Shown here: piece after piece, positions 1 to 13,670 of the stretch
How the letters are laid out: each line of letters opens with the position of its first letter
How positions within the stretch are numbered: the stretch's first letter is position 1
NCBI GenBank assembly: GCA_000165425.1
Contig: CT868208.1
Location: forward strand, 62,001 to 126,000
Length of the DNA: 64,000 nt
Direction of reading: 5' to 3'
Source: Paramecium tetraurelia
Taxonomy: Eukaryota
The notes under the pieces: model-generated
Told to the model about the DNA's origin: nothing
What the model saw: the letters and a program-made list of their open reading frames with translations, nothing else
Database searches by the model: none
Made by a program: the position numbers and the translations under genes

Positions 1-972
1 CTAATGACATCTTCCTAATCTTCTAATATGTTTTATACACATCTAGGATAATCATTATTATTCTATTGTCTATAAATAGGAGAGTAATCTTTCTAATAGC
101 TAAATGAAACAAATATACTAGATATGCCAGAATATTTTTTGAAATAGAGTCTTTTTTAATCATAAAAGTTGGAATTATTAATTCAGGCATAGTAGGAACA
201 TTTTCTCGATTATAAACTCTCAATTTATGTTCTTCTATATCCATCCTTCCATTTCCTGATTAAATTTTATTCTTTGATGTTATATTTAGAGCAGGAGGTT
301 TCTTTTTTAATTTCTATAGTTTAATATTTGGCATTTATTACTGCAAACATAGCTGGGTTTTATCTTTTTGCAAAATACCGTTCTATCATATTATCATATA
401 TGCGATCCCGATTTTTCACAGATTCTGAATAATACTATTACCTTGGTTGCTTTTTAATTTGAGGTGATTAATTTGTTTGTATCTCATCGCAGCATTTTTA
501 TACTGATATTTATTTTTCTTCCTTATCATCATCTGATTAGTATTGTAATTATATATTAGGATTTGTGAAAAAGTCAACGAAGTGCTTTGAGACTGAACTT
601 TCTTCTATAATTCTTTATTATTCCTAAAATTCTTTTTGTTTTTTTGATAATTCCATTACTCTCCGATATGCCTATATTTTCTTATCAATTTGTCTAATTG
701 CTTCTGGTATTGGAATAGGTTCTGGGACATACTTGATATAGCTCATATAAATACAGCAGAAACATATTAGATCTATGGTTGTTGTAGCTTGATTAGTTCT
801 TATGTAATCTTTGGTTTACGGCTGACTTTCTTTAAATTGATAATTACAAAAACCGTTAAGCATTCCTCAATTACGGGTGAGTATTGGAATCTTCAGACTC
901 TGATAGAAAATTGGTCGGTTTTCTAGTTGATTTTACTTTCTCTTCTTGTTTATAAAAATAATAATCTGACAT
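1..972 (-). CDS. Hypothetical Q/K-rich protein, 3' end outside the window
   Basis: ATG at 972; MSDYYFYKQEEKVKSTRKPTNFLSESEDSNTHPQLRNAQ stays open with TAA/TAG=Gln; no domain recognised. Confidence 0.7.
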
Positions 973-1011
973 ATTTTTATAGTATAAATATAAATGTTTA
1001 CAAATACTAAG

Positions 1012-1877
1012 TCATAAAATTTTTTTAGGATTGTATAACTTGTTTATGGCCTATTTCCCATTTAATTCTTTATAAAAGTTTTATAATTTAAAGATATTTG
1101 CTAATTGAACGCGTACATCATCCACCAATAACACTATTTCTAAGAATGAAAGTAATAATTCAAGCTAATTATCATTTTATTGGCCTTCGTAAGGTAAGAT
1201 CGGTATGCCATTATTGATTTATGCACTTATTACTGAGATGAAAATACATAAATTTTTTTGGTGAATTTTCAACAATTACAATATCTTTAAGATCAGTTTA
1301 AAAAATTCTCAAATCTTTGACATTGCCTATCATGTGTTCTGATGTGCAAATAGCTTTGAAATATTTTTTATTTGGATCTATAATTTTTAACATCTTTAAA
1401 TATATGGATTAAATTACTTTTATAGCGTGGTCTTGTTTTGCAGCAGTAAAAAGTACCAAAGTACAGATTCTAGATAATCTTTCCAAAAATGCTAAACAAA
1501 AGGGACGAACCAACGTCTGATTATTTTTATGATATATTAGAGTCTCATCTAAATCCAACACAACAACCTTTTCAACTAAAAATAGCATATAAACAAAATT
1601 TACATTTTTGTTTCTTGAGCTTCACAATACGTTTATCTACATATTCTTTGGGTGTTTCCCCATACCAATGTGATTAGATAGACGCTTCATGAAGCTCTCT
1701 TGCTATTTTAGAATCAGGAAGTATTTAATTTCTGAATGTCACTAATTACGGTTTTTCTGAATTTCCTGAAGAATCAGGTGTCGATTCCGCAGTGTTAACT
1801 AATTCTTAATCATCAAAAGTGAAGATTTTTTTTTGTATAAGAATTTAGCATGACTTACTGTGTTGTGCAATTCTCAT
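1012..1877 (-). CDS. NIF/FCP1-SCP family (HAD) CTD small phosphatase-like protein
   Basis: KVVVLDLDETLIYH...VRPFCLAFLERLS...LFTAA; DLDET motif; one tiny intron near 1580-1605; TGA at 1012-1014. Confidence 0.9.
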
Positions 1878-2069
1878 TTGGTCTAACTAAAAAGGGTAAG
1901 ATGATTTATTAAATTTAATAATTGTCAATAATGCATTAAAAATCGACCTTAATAAAAAAATGTATCAACATCTGATCATACTAATATTAGTATTATGATG
2001 TTATCATTATACAAAAAACCTAAAAATTGGCTTTAACTAAGAAATATGCTTGTCTAAATTATATGATTA

Positions 2070-2568
2070 TATGAACATATTAATTGACAAAATAATTATT
2101 CTTTTTATGTACAATATGATAAAATTGCTTAGTTATGTAATTGGAAACAAAGTTTTCCCATCAATTTAATTGTTAGTCCACTCTTGTTCTTCCATTTAGA
2201 CTCTAAAGGGAAAAGTCTAGATCTGTTTAAGTATTTCTTCAAAGACAGAATAGTTAATTAAAATGAATTAAAATAAATCATTCTATTTTTACAATAGGGG
2301 GCTAATTGTTCAACTAAATAATGAATTTCACTCTATGTAATATAACAAGAATTCAATATTTTATTTTTACGAGTTGTGCTTGACTGTTGTAGCAGATCGG
2401 TTCATTTAATCCTTTTCTGATTACTATTAAAATATCCATATCAGATCAGGATAGCTTGAGATGAGATCATCAGCGAGGAAATCAAGAAAAATAAAATAAA
2501 TAATAAATATTGAATAGTTTAAGGATTACAAAGTGTTGTTAGAAGAATAAAGTGACAAGATATTTTGA
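2070..2568 (+). CDS. Possible hypothetical protein
   Basis: About 165 codons free of TGA; no motif; start uncertain. Confidence 0.3.
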
Positions 2569-2753
2569 CCTTGTTTATAAGCAATAAAATTTAATACTAA
2601 AAAGAAACAATTGTTCATTTGAAATATTTAATATCCAATTTAAACACTTTTAAATTAGGAAGGAAAATTAATGTTGTGTTTACAAAATATTTATATTTAA
2701 TTTAATATCAAAATTTAGTAATATAAATATTTTTATAATTTGTAAATTCACTT

Positions 2754-3707
2754 ATGAAAATGTTTTAAAACAAAGTATATGAAAAAGAACTAAAAAAAGC
2801 CATGTTTGCAGATTAATAATAACTAAAAACTAGGTTGATATCTAAATTAAGGAAACCGTCAATGAAACATGATTATAATAAAAAGAAACTTGGGAGTATA
2901 ATATTTTGAATAGATTTAAGTTTTTGAATTAGATAGAAAATTTAAGGAGGAAAACCTAAGATGCATAATATGTTAAGACTATTTCTAAAAATTTACCTTA
3001 ACATTTTGTGGACATTCCTTTTGTTATTTGTGTATTTTCGAGCATTTATTAAAAAGTCATGTATATAAATATTTTTTATATCCAGAAATGTCCTAGTTGT
3101 TTTACCACCATAAAAGGACTTCAATTTATCTATTGTAAAATCATTGATGGTTTCATATAATCTCAAGTAGTATCTTCTTAAAAGAATAATGCTTTGTATC
3201 TTTCTCGGAAAAAAGATTTAAAAGCATGGAAAGCCAAGAAAAAGATCTAGACTTTTAATGTAGGTGATTTAGTGGACATTCTGGATACTGAACATATTTG
3301 GTGTGTTGGTAAGATTTTGAACTTAAGATAAAAAAAGAAAGAAAATTATATCTTAGTTCATTATCAAGGATGGAACAAAATTTATGATGAATGTATATCC
3401 ATTCATTCACAAAGATTATCTCCCATAGGACTGTTCACCAATAGGAAAGGTAGATATTTATTATTATTTATGAGACATCCTATTATATCAGCCTACTCTT
3501 AATGAAAATACAGTGTCAAATTATGTAAGAAGAGTTGAAAATCAATAAAACCAAGAATTAGGTCTATTAAATTACTTAATTTTGTAACAATAGAGTTAGG
3601 GTTAAAACTTTATCATGGCCATTGAGTCTGCTGATAGGAATACTCTATCAAGTTTATTATCGCTAGTAGTTTATATTAGAGAAATGTCCAATAATCAAAA
3701 TTCATGA
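2754..3707 (+). CDS. Tudor-knot/chromo-barrel (Royal family) domain protein
   Basis: FNVGDLVDILDTEHIWCVGKI...LVHYQGWNKIYDECI...RLSP; tiny introns present. Confidence 0.8.
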
Positions 3708-3790
3708 TATATTTTTTATGGGTGTGTTATGATGTATATATATACTTGATTCACGTTTGAAATATAGTATATATTTAATTAAAAAACTCA

Positions 3791-4236
3791 ATGCAATCCT
3801 ATAAAGAAGCTTTATAACTGTTTTAAAAAAACTCAATGAATCTACCAATGACTGAACATGAAGATAAATTAAATGTATTAGTAATTAAAACTAGATTATG
3901 TTAGAATACTTACTACATGAATTAGAAAAAGACAAGAAGGAATTATAGATGTTGAGATAGGAAATCATACATGAGTCATACCTTTAGTCATCAATTAATG
4001 ACGATACTTCAACAAGCTTTATTGAAGAGATAGCCGATTTCACTCGAAATTTTAGAAAATTGGCTGACCAAGCAAATACTGAAATAAATGAATTAAGCAA
4101 TTAAGTTGACACATTAAAAAACGAAAAAGCAAGAATTAAAAAATCAGCTAATTTATTGGATCATAGAGTATATGAAATGGAAAAGGTATTAGGAGTAGGT
4201 ATAAACCCAGCTAAATCTTAAGAAGCAAACAACTGA
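3791..4236 (+). CDS. Small coiled-coil hypothetical protein
   Basis: MQSYKEALQLFQKNSM...; 20-nt intron gtattagtaattaaaactag; heptad-rich; TGA at 4234-4236. Confidence 0.75.
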
Positions 4237-4733
4237 AATTTATTACCATAACCCAATTTATTTTAAATATCTCTATCTAAATCTCTTTCCATTTCATTAG
4301 TTTCTTAAAAATTAATTACTAAATTTAACATATAAAAAATAGTTTTCATTTTAATTTATATAATTTAACTAATACCATAAAGTTTTTAAATTATGTTACA
4401 AATTAAACATAAATAATAAGACAATAAATATAATAAGCTTAATAAACCTTATTGTTCTAAATGACTCTTAAAACCTTCACTTTAAATCTAAATATTTAGA
4501 TAAATTAAACATATTAAATTAAGGGATTTAAATAATCAATGAATTTAAATTTTTTAATGTATACCACATTAATTATATTAATCTAATTTAATTGAGTGAG
4601 TTCGTACAGATATTGAGTTGTTGTTGCAAATTTGAGTGAATCTAGAAATACATAATTAGTCTATTTGATCTTAAGAACCTACGTTTCATTTATAATATAT
4701 ATAAAAAGTATAATATTAATTAAATTAAGTTTG

Positions 4734-5064
4734 ATGAGCGACGATTCAGAAAGTCTTGAATTTCCAAATGCTCCCTTTTATAGTTTTGTATTTTCCATAA
4801 TTTATCTCAAATGTAGAATGTAACAGTGGGACTAACATTATCATTAACCAAATTATGCGCAAGCAAATGTAGATTATTTAAGCCAGATCTTGGAGTAAAA
4901 TTGAATGAGAATGATGTTCAATGCATTTGTAATGAATACATGTTAATAATACTTAAGAAAATTGCGCTGCATCCATTAACAATAACTACTCCACATTCTC
5001 AAATTAATTAAAAGAGTCTATTAATTTCGAGGATTCATTAGGAGCTTTCGAATAAGAGGAATGA
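4734..5064 (+). CDS. Twin-CX3C small Tim-like mitochondrial intermembrane-space protein (90 aa)
   Basis: Removing 29-nt introns 4788-4816 and 4929-4957 gives ...LTKLCASKCRLFKPDLGVKLNENDVQCIQNCAASINN... Confidence 0.75.
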
Positions 5065-5236
5065 TACCTTAAAAAGAATCAATATAAATAACAAAATATC
5101 ATATTTTAAATATGTAAAGTCAAGAGAGTCATTATAATTAAGTGAATTATACATTTAATTATTCTATTATCTTTTAATGTTTATTCTTCCCAGATTTCCA
5201 ATTCTTTAAATTATAAAATTTAATAATTTAACGAAA

Positions 5237-5776
5237 ATGTTTTAAGTTTTAAGAAATGTGTTTGAAGGAAGAAATAACTTTGATAACTATTGGTGCCATC
5301 TCTGTAAAATGGAGATTATATAAAGAACTTATCATTCAGAAGAAGATAAATAGGAGTATTGCTTATTATGTGAAAGTCCATTAGAATAAATGGCTTAGGG
5401 AATTAATGATTCAGAATTAAGATCTTTTGAAATATATATATCTCCTGAAGCCTAATCTTCTAGAACATTATCAGATTGGACATAGAGCTTAAATGAAATC
5501 TCCGACTTTCTAAATTTTCTATCTCTTTTAACAGAGAATTTATTTTACCAAGAAGATCAATAACTAGGAGCTTCTGAGACATAAATAAGTACTTTAAGGG
5601 AACATGTGGCAGATATCAATGATTAATAGTCAACCTGCTATATATGTTAGGAAGATTTTAAGGAAGAGGAAGTGGAGCTAGAAATGAGTTGCTCTCACAA
5701 TTTTCACAAGGATTGCTTAACATAGTGGTTAAAGATTAATAATTCTTGTCCTGTCTGTAGAGCAAAAATCAATTGA
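5237..5776 (+). CDS. RING-H2 E3 ubiquitin ligase with N-terminal zinc ribbon (RNF115/126-like layout)
   Basis: N-terminal YWCHLC...CLLCES; C-terminal CYICQEDF...[24 protein letters not shown]. Confidence 0.92.
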
Positions 5777-5995
5777 TATTATAATTTAGTTACTAAATCT
5801 TAAATTCTATTTTTTACTTTGTTTTATCATATCTAAAAGACTTTTAGATAAGTTGTTAAAAAATATAGCTAGTTTTAAACTATTTGGCGGGTTGATGAAT
5901 CCTAATTCTTTTAAATGCTATTAAAACTAAATTTTGATTTTTTATCTTATAAATTAATAATTTTATAATATTATAAATGATATCAGTTATATATG

Positions 5996-8900
5996 TCATT
6001 TTTGATTTCTTATTATCAACTATTACAATACATTTGAATTCTCACACAATATTTCTAAAGGTATCAATAAAAATAATTGTTTAGTTTTTATTAATTCTTT
6101 GTGTAAGTACCTTCTTATACTTTTGTCACTTATTATAATCAAAATTAGATAAAGTATAATTCCATAAATGAATCTGAGAGTGTGCACTAGATGATTCAAA
6201 GATATTTCTTATTGTTATTAATTAGCCATGAAATCATGCAGTAGAGTTAGTACATGAGATGTATAAAGCACATTGATAATATCATTTTCTAAAGTTGAAT
6301 TAACATCCATAAATGCCAAATATGATTTAAACTAAGTCCCATTTAACTTCTGCATAGTGTAAAATTGTTAAATGTTTTGTTGGATGGCGACTAATGAAAT
6401 TGTTAATCCTGAAGTCAGACTATCAAAGCTTTTACAAATCACCTCATTATAAAATTAGCTGTCTTCAACTGTATTCGATATTGTGAGCTCAAAGGCTTAA
6501 CAGCCATTTTTCTTTATGGCATTTGTAAAGATTGAATTTGAAAAGGACTTTTAATTGTTCAATCTTTAGACGAATCCTTAAAAAATATCAAATTGTTCTT
6601 CCATATACTTTAATGCTTCTTCCACTACTATTAAAATAAATAAATTTACATTGATTTAGAAAAAGCATCTCTTCCTTTCCTACTTGCAAGTATTTGATTA
6701 GAAGTTTCTAGAAGCTCTTCTGTTACAATAAATATGATTGTGATGATTTATAAAGAAGTAATTACTCGAAAGAATATATTGCTTGTTCTTCAAATGAATT
6801 TTAATAAATTAGAGAACCAATGTACTACGAAGAAATAATAAAATAGCTTAAGAATAATAATGTTGAATAAATGATATAAGTAAAAGCAGCTAGAATCTAA
6901 AATAAAAAAATACTTTTACTCTTTTCTTTAGATTTATTGAATTTAACTTTTATCGATTATCTTCTTAGAGGAGTCTTAATTCTAATTCCTGGAGTAGATG
7001 CAATCTTCGACTTTAGTTGATCAAATTGATGTTCAGTTGTTTCTTCATTGATAAAGTCAATCTTCTCCAGGAATTTTCCCACTGTAGAAATCTGTTCTAC
7101 TAAAGAGTTTATATGACCCTTCGAAATGGTATTAAATAATTCCACTATCTTCAATTTCGCTTTGTTTATATTGATTAAAAGGAGTAGGTAAAATGAAAAT
7201 GCTAAACAAAGGGTTATCAATGTCAAATAAAAGGATATTTTTGATTATTATTGTGCTTTGACAAATTAATCTTAACCATCATCAATGATAGTTGAATTTA
7301 ATGCAGAATTCGAGGAAATTATGGTTATGAAATTTCTGGCTATAAATTCTAAATAGTATTCTTAATTTGAAGAATCTGATTAGGAGAGTAAATATTAGGA
7401 GAAGTATCCTAATGAATAAAACATATTGATATTTGTTATATTTTCGAATTCACTGATTTGGAGATAGGGAACTAACTATTATAAATATTAATTACTTGCA
7501 TTCTATTCAATATTTAGTGAATAATATTAGAATTTAGATATGTCATTCTGAAATCGACTGGCACAAAATTTCATGTATAGAGTGTAGTTGAATTTATTTG
7601 TGTCTGAATAATTGAAAGCGAGAATGAATTTGTTAATCTACACTTAAAAATTGTTGGATACCTTATAAGTTTCAAGAGCCTATTCAATGATCTAAAATAT
7701 ATGAACTATTTTTCTTACCTTATTTTCTTAATTCAAAACATAATAATAGTATATGTTGAAAATCATGAGCAGAGAAAAAGTAATTAAATTAAATATACGT
7801 ATAGTCCAATGCTGTTTAGTTTATTCATCAAATAAGTTATGTTTCAATTAAGTTTTCTTGATTTTGATATCGCTGATTTATGATGAAGATATGGATTTCA
7901 TTTAATCTTAATCTAATAGAAAATTATCAATAGATCCTATGAGTTCATCAGAATTCTTGGATTTGACTGACTCCTTATTTTCATTTAAAGCTTCTAATAT
8001 TGCACTAGAATGTACAATTAGTTTATTCTAATCAGATCCAAAAGCTTAACTAATCCCATTAGAGTTACTGCTGGCAAAATGATTCAAAGCACCAAAGCTA
8101 TGTGCCACTGAAGACTTCATCCTAAATGTCTACTAATCCTACAGTCTCTTATCTTGACTGTTTGGGTGACTTACTTAATTTTAGTGTTCTTCTATCTTAT
8201 ATTAATTTAAGATTTACTTCTAAAGTATAATGAGGATTAGTCAACATAATCTACATTTCCTTTTATCTTATCATATAATCATCTTCAATTAACTTTTATG
8301 TTTCCAAATTATATATTGTTTGTTGTTCTTGTTAAAAAGATATGAAACCTAACGATTCCTTTTAATTAGTGATTTCTAACTTCCTGCATTTCTTCTTCTT
8401 AATTTCTATTCTATCTGGACTTAATTTAGTTATTTTTCTACTCAGATTTATGTAATCTGACTTTTCTATTAATTTATCAAATATTTCAATTCTTTGTGAT
8501 TCACGAACAGGTTTAATAGTTTAAATTTCAATACAATAAATACTAAAATGATGATATATTATAGATACGTTTCCTAAAATGTGTGAAACTCAACAATTTT
8601 AAATGTAATTCTAAACATATACATCTAATTAAAATTGTCAAAGTAGTTTTGGTTAACTTGATCCTACGCTTTTAAGAATTCATAAATGGTTGTCTTCTCC
8701 TTCCCCCAAGACGATGAAAGTATTTTTTATTTCTTTCTTTTCTTTGGAATGACCATATAAGATTGATATGGATTTTTGAGTTCTTATTCTAAAACATCAG
8801 TTTGATTGAGTTATTTCCAAGCTTTAATTAACCTCGGTATGAGTTTGAGACAATCCACAGATTTAATAGTTTTTATATCAATGCATAATATAGGTTAGAT

Positions 8901-11250
8901 AATTTCATTATATAACTTTTCACTGATCTCTTCCACTAAACCATACTTATTCAACATAATGTAGTGATAATTTTGATAGGTAGGTAGAATAAGAGCAGAA
9001 GAACCAAAATCTGATCCTAAATCTGTCTCCAATCTCACCTTGGCTATTATAGGAAATATAAATCCTAATTTATTTTTCACCAATAGAAATCTTCTATCTG
9101 ATTTCATAATATTGATCCTTCCACTTTCTACAAAATTGTCTAAATATTGATCGTGCACCTCTGCTATGATGTCTGGAATGAAATTATTAATGGGATTATT
9201 CATTATTTCACTATCTATTGTACATAGAGCATCTCTAAATGTTTTTGTGTAATTTTTAATTATTCCTTTGGTATCTAACAATGTTAAATAGACAAGAGAA
9301 GCCTCTCTGTGAAATAGAATTCCATTTATAGAATTTTAAAATTTAAAGGCCAATGAGGAATCTATTGCAGGAATTTCTAATTTCTTTTTATTGAAATTAA
9401 TGTATTTGTAGAATAAATGAATTAAGATGTGACACTAATAGGATAGAGGATTTAAATTAAATATATATTTAAGTTGTTTTTCTTAAGTTGTAATTAAGTT
9501 CTGCAAGTGCATACCATCAATTATTAGTTATGTAAGATTCCTATTTAATAGTGTCACATACCATTATTTTTACTTTTATAGCAAAACACCAAAATTATTC
9601 CTTCCATTCATTTATTGATTTATTGTAATTAAACACTTTAAAACAATCATATTTTTGATTGGTAATACTTTTGTTCTCTATCATCCTTAGAAAATCGTCT
9701 TTGACAAGCAATTCGACTGAATTAGTGAACATCTAATCCAAAAGATTCAAACCTGTATACATATTATTCTTTAATTTGATTATTTCATGAAATGCTTTTG
9801 TAGGTTTTTTGATAACTTTAGATAAATAAAGGATATAATAAAAGTAGCTTTTGGCATATTTCTAAGAATTGTTTTTATTCAAACTCAACAATTTTAATTC
9901 GTAATGAAATCTTATCAACTCTTTGATATAATATTTGAATTGTTATCGAGTGATGAAATGATCATTTTGTTTTTTATAACCGCTGCAAAAACAACCATTT
10001 ACATTCTGACAACTTATTATATGATTAGTAGATAAGGCATAAAGGTTTAAGTTCTTTGGTAATCGATATTTGATGTCATTCAACAATATCCCATTCCTTC
10101 CAAGAGCCTCTTCACATTGTTTGTAAATATTCATCATCAAATAATCGAAATTTCTATTTTTATAACTCAGAGTCTCTGTTTTATTCTCCTGTTGGACAAA
10201 CATCAAATTCGAGATTTGAAATACTAATGGTATTAGAATTAGAATCAATTCTGAAAAATCTTAATTAAGTCCTTCCGCAAAAATGAATATACACAAGATT
10301 ATGCACAAGTAGAGTGAAAAGGATTATATTTAAATTTTATTCATCAATTTTTCTTAATAATATGGATGTCTATAAGATATGGCTATTATTAAAATGAGTA
10401 AACTTGTATCAACTAATAGAAGTGCTATTTGATCAATCTCTAAATTATCTAAGATGGAAACTATAATAATCAGAATTTCTATTTTTAAAGATTACACCTT
10501 TGTCATATTCGAATAAAAGCGAGATAAATAATCGATCTTTTTGAATGAAAATTAGACATCATGAGCCTCATTCAAGAAATAACTAAAGATATTAAGTATG
10601 AAGACTAGATAAGTGATGATTAATACCAAAATTTAATAAGTATTTAAATTAGTATCTATATTGAGTTTAAATAATTACATTAGAATTGTAGAGTTAATAT
10701 CTTTCTTAACGCTAATTGAATTATTGGATAATGAAAGAGATATTTAAAAATTTTTGTTCCAAAAGTTATATAAAATTCAGAAACTCCAATCAAGTTAATT
10801 ATACTGTATATTTCCTTCTATGTAAAGGGGATTCCTAATTGTTACTCCCGATATTGAATTGGCTCATAATGTTTCCTTTATAACTGCTTCTAAACCTTGA
10901 CTCTATAGCAACAATATAGATGAACAAAACAAAGAATGTATAATAGTTGCATAGCCAACATTAAAAACAAGAAAATTTCTGACCATATTTGAGTGTCATC
11001 ATAATTGAGGTCAAGGCTTTAATTAAGTGTATTAATACTTGATATTCTGGAAGAATTTGTTAAACAATATAAGCGGTCTGGCATACATGTTGAAAAGGTT
11101 ATTAAAGGGATGGCAAATTATATAGTATATCTATGATTGAGAAATCAGGATCAATAGCAAGCTTAAAGATTTATTCCTACTAAATTTATTGTATATCTGA
11201 TAAAATTGAGATGAGTAAAATAGTTTAATTGGGATGAGACATTTGAACAT
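5996..11250 (-). CDS. Large multi-pass membrane protein with PAS-like domain (TmcB/TmcC-like ciliate family)
   Basis: About 1700 aa; N-terminal hydrophobic block; central INNFIPDIIAEVHDQYLDNF...KNKLGFIFPI; C-terminal TM segments ending IPLEILCENSNVLQQLIIRNQK*. Confidence 0.82.
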
Positions 11251-12598
11251 AATCGGATAAATAAATTTCTAGTAACAATTATGATTTTAATTTATTTAAA
11301 TATATTTCTTTAAATGACTTGATTTATTAACAAATAATATCAAAAGCAGCAATTTACAAGTTGAACAACTAATAAATACTTCAAATTTGTTTTCAAATAT
11401 ATTAATTCAAATATTAATTTACTCGTTTTTTAAATTATCTTGCAAACTAGAACATAAAATTAATATTAATCAAGTATTCTTTATAAACTTGGAACTCTAT
11501 AAAAATTAAAGAATTTTGTTAGTTTTAAAAATGTTAGATGTTTTTATAAGAAAATTTGGAAAATTGATAATTATGGTAAATATAATAAATCGTTTTAGCA
11601 GAAGCTATTAATATCAAAATAGCTTAAAAACAACATTTTATGAGACCATAGAATTAATAATTAAATTTACAAATATTGATTATTCAAGCTAAAAAACGAA
11701 TGCATCAGAAATTCATAATGAAAGTTAATTAAAAATTTTAATAATTAAAGGGATTATTATTTAATGTATTTTCTTTGAGTAAGATGGTAAAGTAACTTGT
11801 GGATTTGCATCCGCTTATATAAGCTTCGTTATAACTCTAACAGACAGTGTTTATTGATGTGAAATAGAGAAGAAAAATAATTTTTAAAAATATAAGTGAT
11901 CCATTAATAATTATAAATTTTATATAATTTAATGGAAGAATAAATGTAAGCAATCTAGTTTTAATGTGATTGGAGATCGATGAAATGTTAATTCTTATTT
12001 TATTATATGCACTAAATATCATATTCAATTCCGAATTTAATATTAATATATTATAGAAAATGTTAATTTTGATATTAGCTATTATTAACTTATTTTATTT
12101 TATAACAAAATTTATAACCATTTCCATATTCTTAAATTAAATTTTGAGTGTGTTATATATATTTTTTCATAATTTGGATTGATTTAACAGAAACTTTAGG
12201 ATGTAAATACTGTTATCCTTATACCATCTTGATGAAAACTTTAAATTACTTATCAATAAATGAATGATTTTTTTTATGTCATTTATTTGCACTATTTTTA
12301 TATAGCTGATTGAAGTGATATATAGAGTGTATATAGACTTAATCCAAATCCACTTATAATGGCAGTATATTGATAACAATAATTTTTTATTTTAATTTAA
12401 TAAAAAAAAGGTGACTTCAAAAATTGTATTTGCGTATTAAAACTTTAATAATTACGTAATTATCAATAGAGAAATTATCAATTATTCACATAATTTAGAT
12501 CTTTTCCATCTTTCATAAGTATTTTTTTCAATTATGTATATAAAATATATTTTCAATTGGAGAAAATAATAATAAAATTTATCCTTTAATATTAATTT

Positions 12599-13615
12599 AT
12601 GATGGAAATAGAGGATTGGGAAAAAAGATCAGAGAATACTCCACTTAAAGTTCATATGATTGGTATTACTTCTGTGAAAATTTTAAGCTGGTTGTTTGGC
12701 TGGGTTGATTGAACATATTTCGATGTTGCCTTTGGATAATGTGAAAGTATGTTGTAAATTTATAATGTATAGACTCATCTTTAAGTACTTCCAGATTCGA
12801 AGTTCTCAAAAACATTTGTATCATTGAAGTATAAACTTAATTGAATGTTAGAAAATAAGGAGTGAAAACATTTTTCAATGGATTTGGGGCAGTGACAGCA
12901 GGCTGTATGCCAGCTCATGCATTTTACTTCAGCAGTTATGAGGTATAAAAATTATAAATATTTGAGATCTTGAAAACACTTCTGGAAGTAAACGATGAAA
13001 ATATCCATGCCTATGCTTTTGCTTTTATTGGGGCAGTATCAACTTTATGGCATGATCTAATTATGGTACCTTTTGATGGTATGGTCATTATTATAATCCA
13101 GTTATAAAATAAAGATAGCAAATCTAGGAGTAATGCTTCAAAAGAACAGTGAAAACAGTTCTAAAATAGGAAGGAATGATTGCATTTTATCGAAGTTTTC
13201 CCATTACTTACGTACTATATCTAATAAGATTTAGTTAATGTCTGCACCTTACTAGGCTATATTTTTTGCTGCAAATGAAACTATTAAAACTTTAATGTTT
13301 AAGAAATCAGAACATAATTTTTTCAGTCATTTTTCATGTGCAGCTATGGCAGGATGTGCTGCTGTTTGTGTAATGAATCCATTGGATGTTGTCAAAACAA
13401 AATTACAGACTTAGAGCTGGCATTTAAACTCTTCCCAAGTCAAATACAGCACTTTCTTAGGATCTATAAAAACTATTTATAAGGAGGAGGGCTATCTCGG
13501 ATTTTATAAAGGATTATTACCAAGATTATGCATGTAAACTATGTCTGGAGCTACAGCATGGGCAAGTTATGAATTCATTAAAAGAAAATTACTTCCTCTT
13601 TCAGTTATAAATTGA
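12599..13615 (+). CDS. Mitochondrial carrier, mitoferrin/MRS3-4 type (iron import)
   Basis: HMIAGCLAGLIEHISMLPLDNVKT, GCMPAHAFYFSSYE, HDLIMVPFD, NPLDVVKT; about 6 tiny introns. Confidence 0.93.
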
Positions 13616-13670
13616 TTCATTATTAATTGTACAATATATTTTTTAGTATTTGCAAATAAATATAGATATA

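Noticed and set aside
3781..3843. Direct repeat AAAAAACTCAATG
   Set aside because: Only two short AT-rich copies at a gene start; no array or element structure
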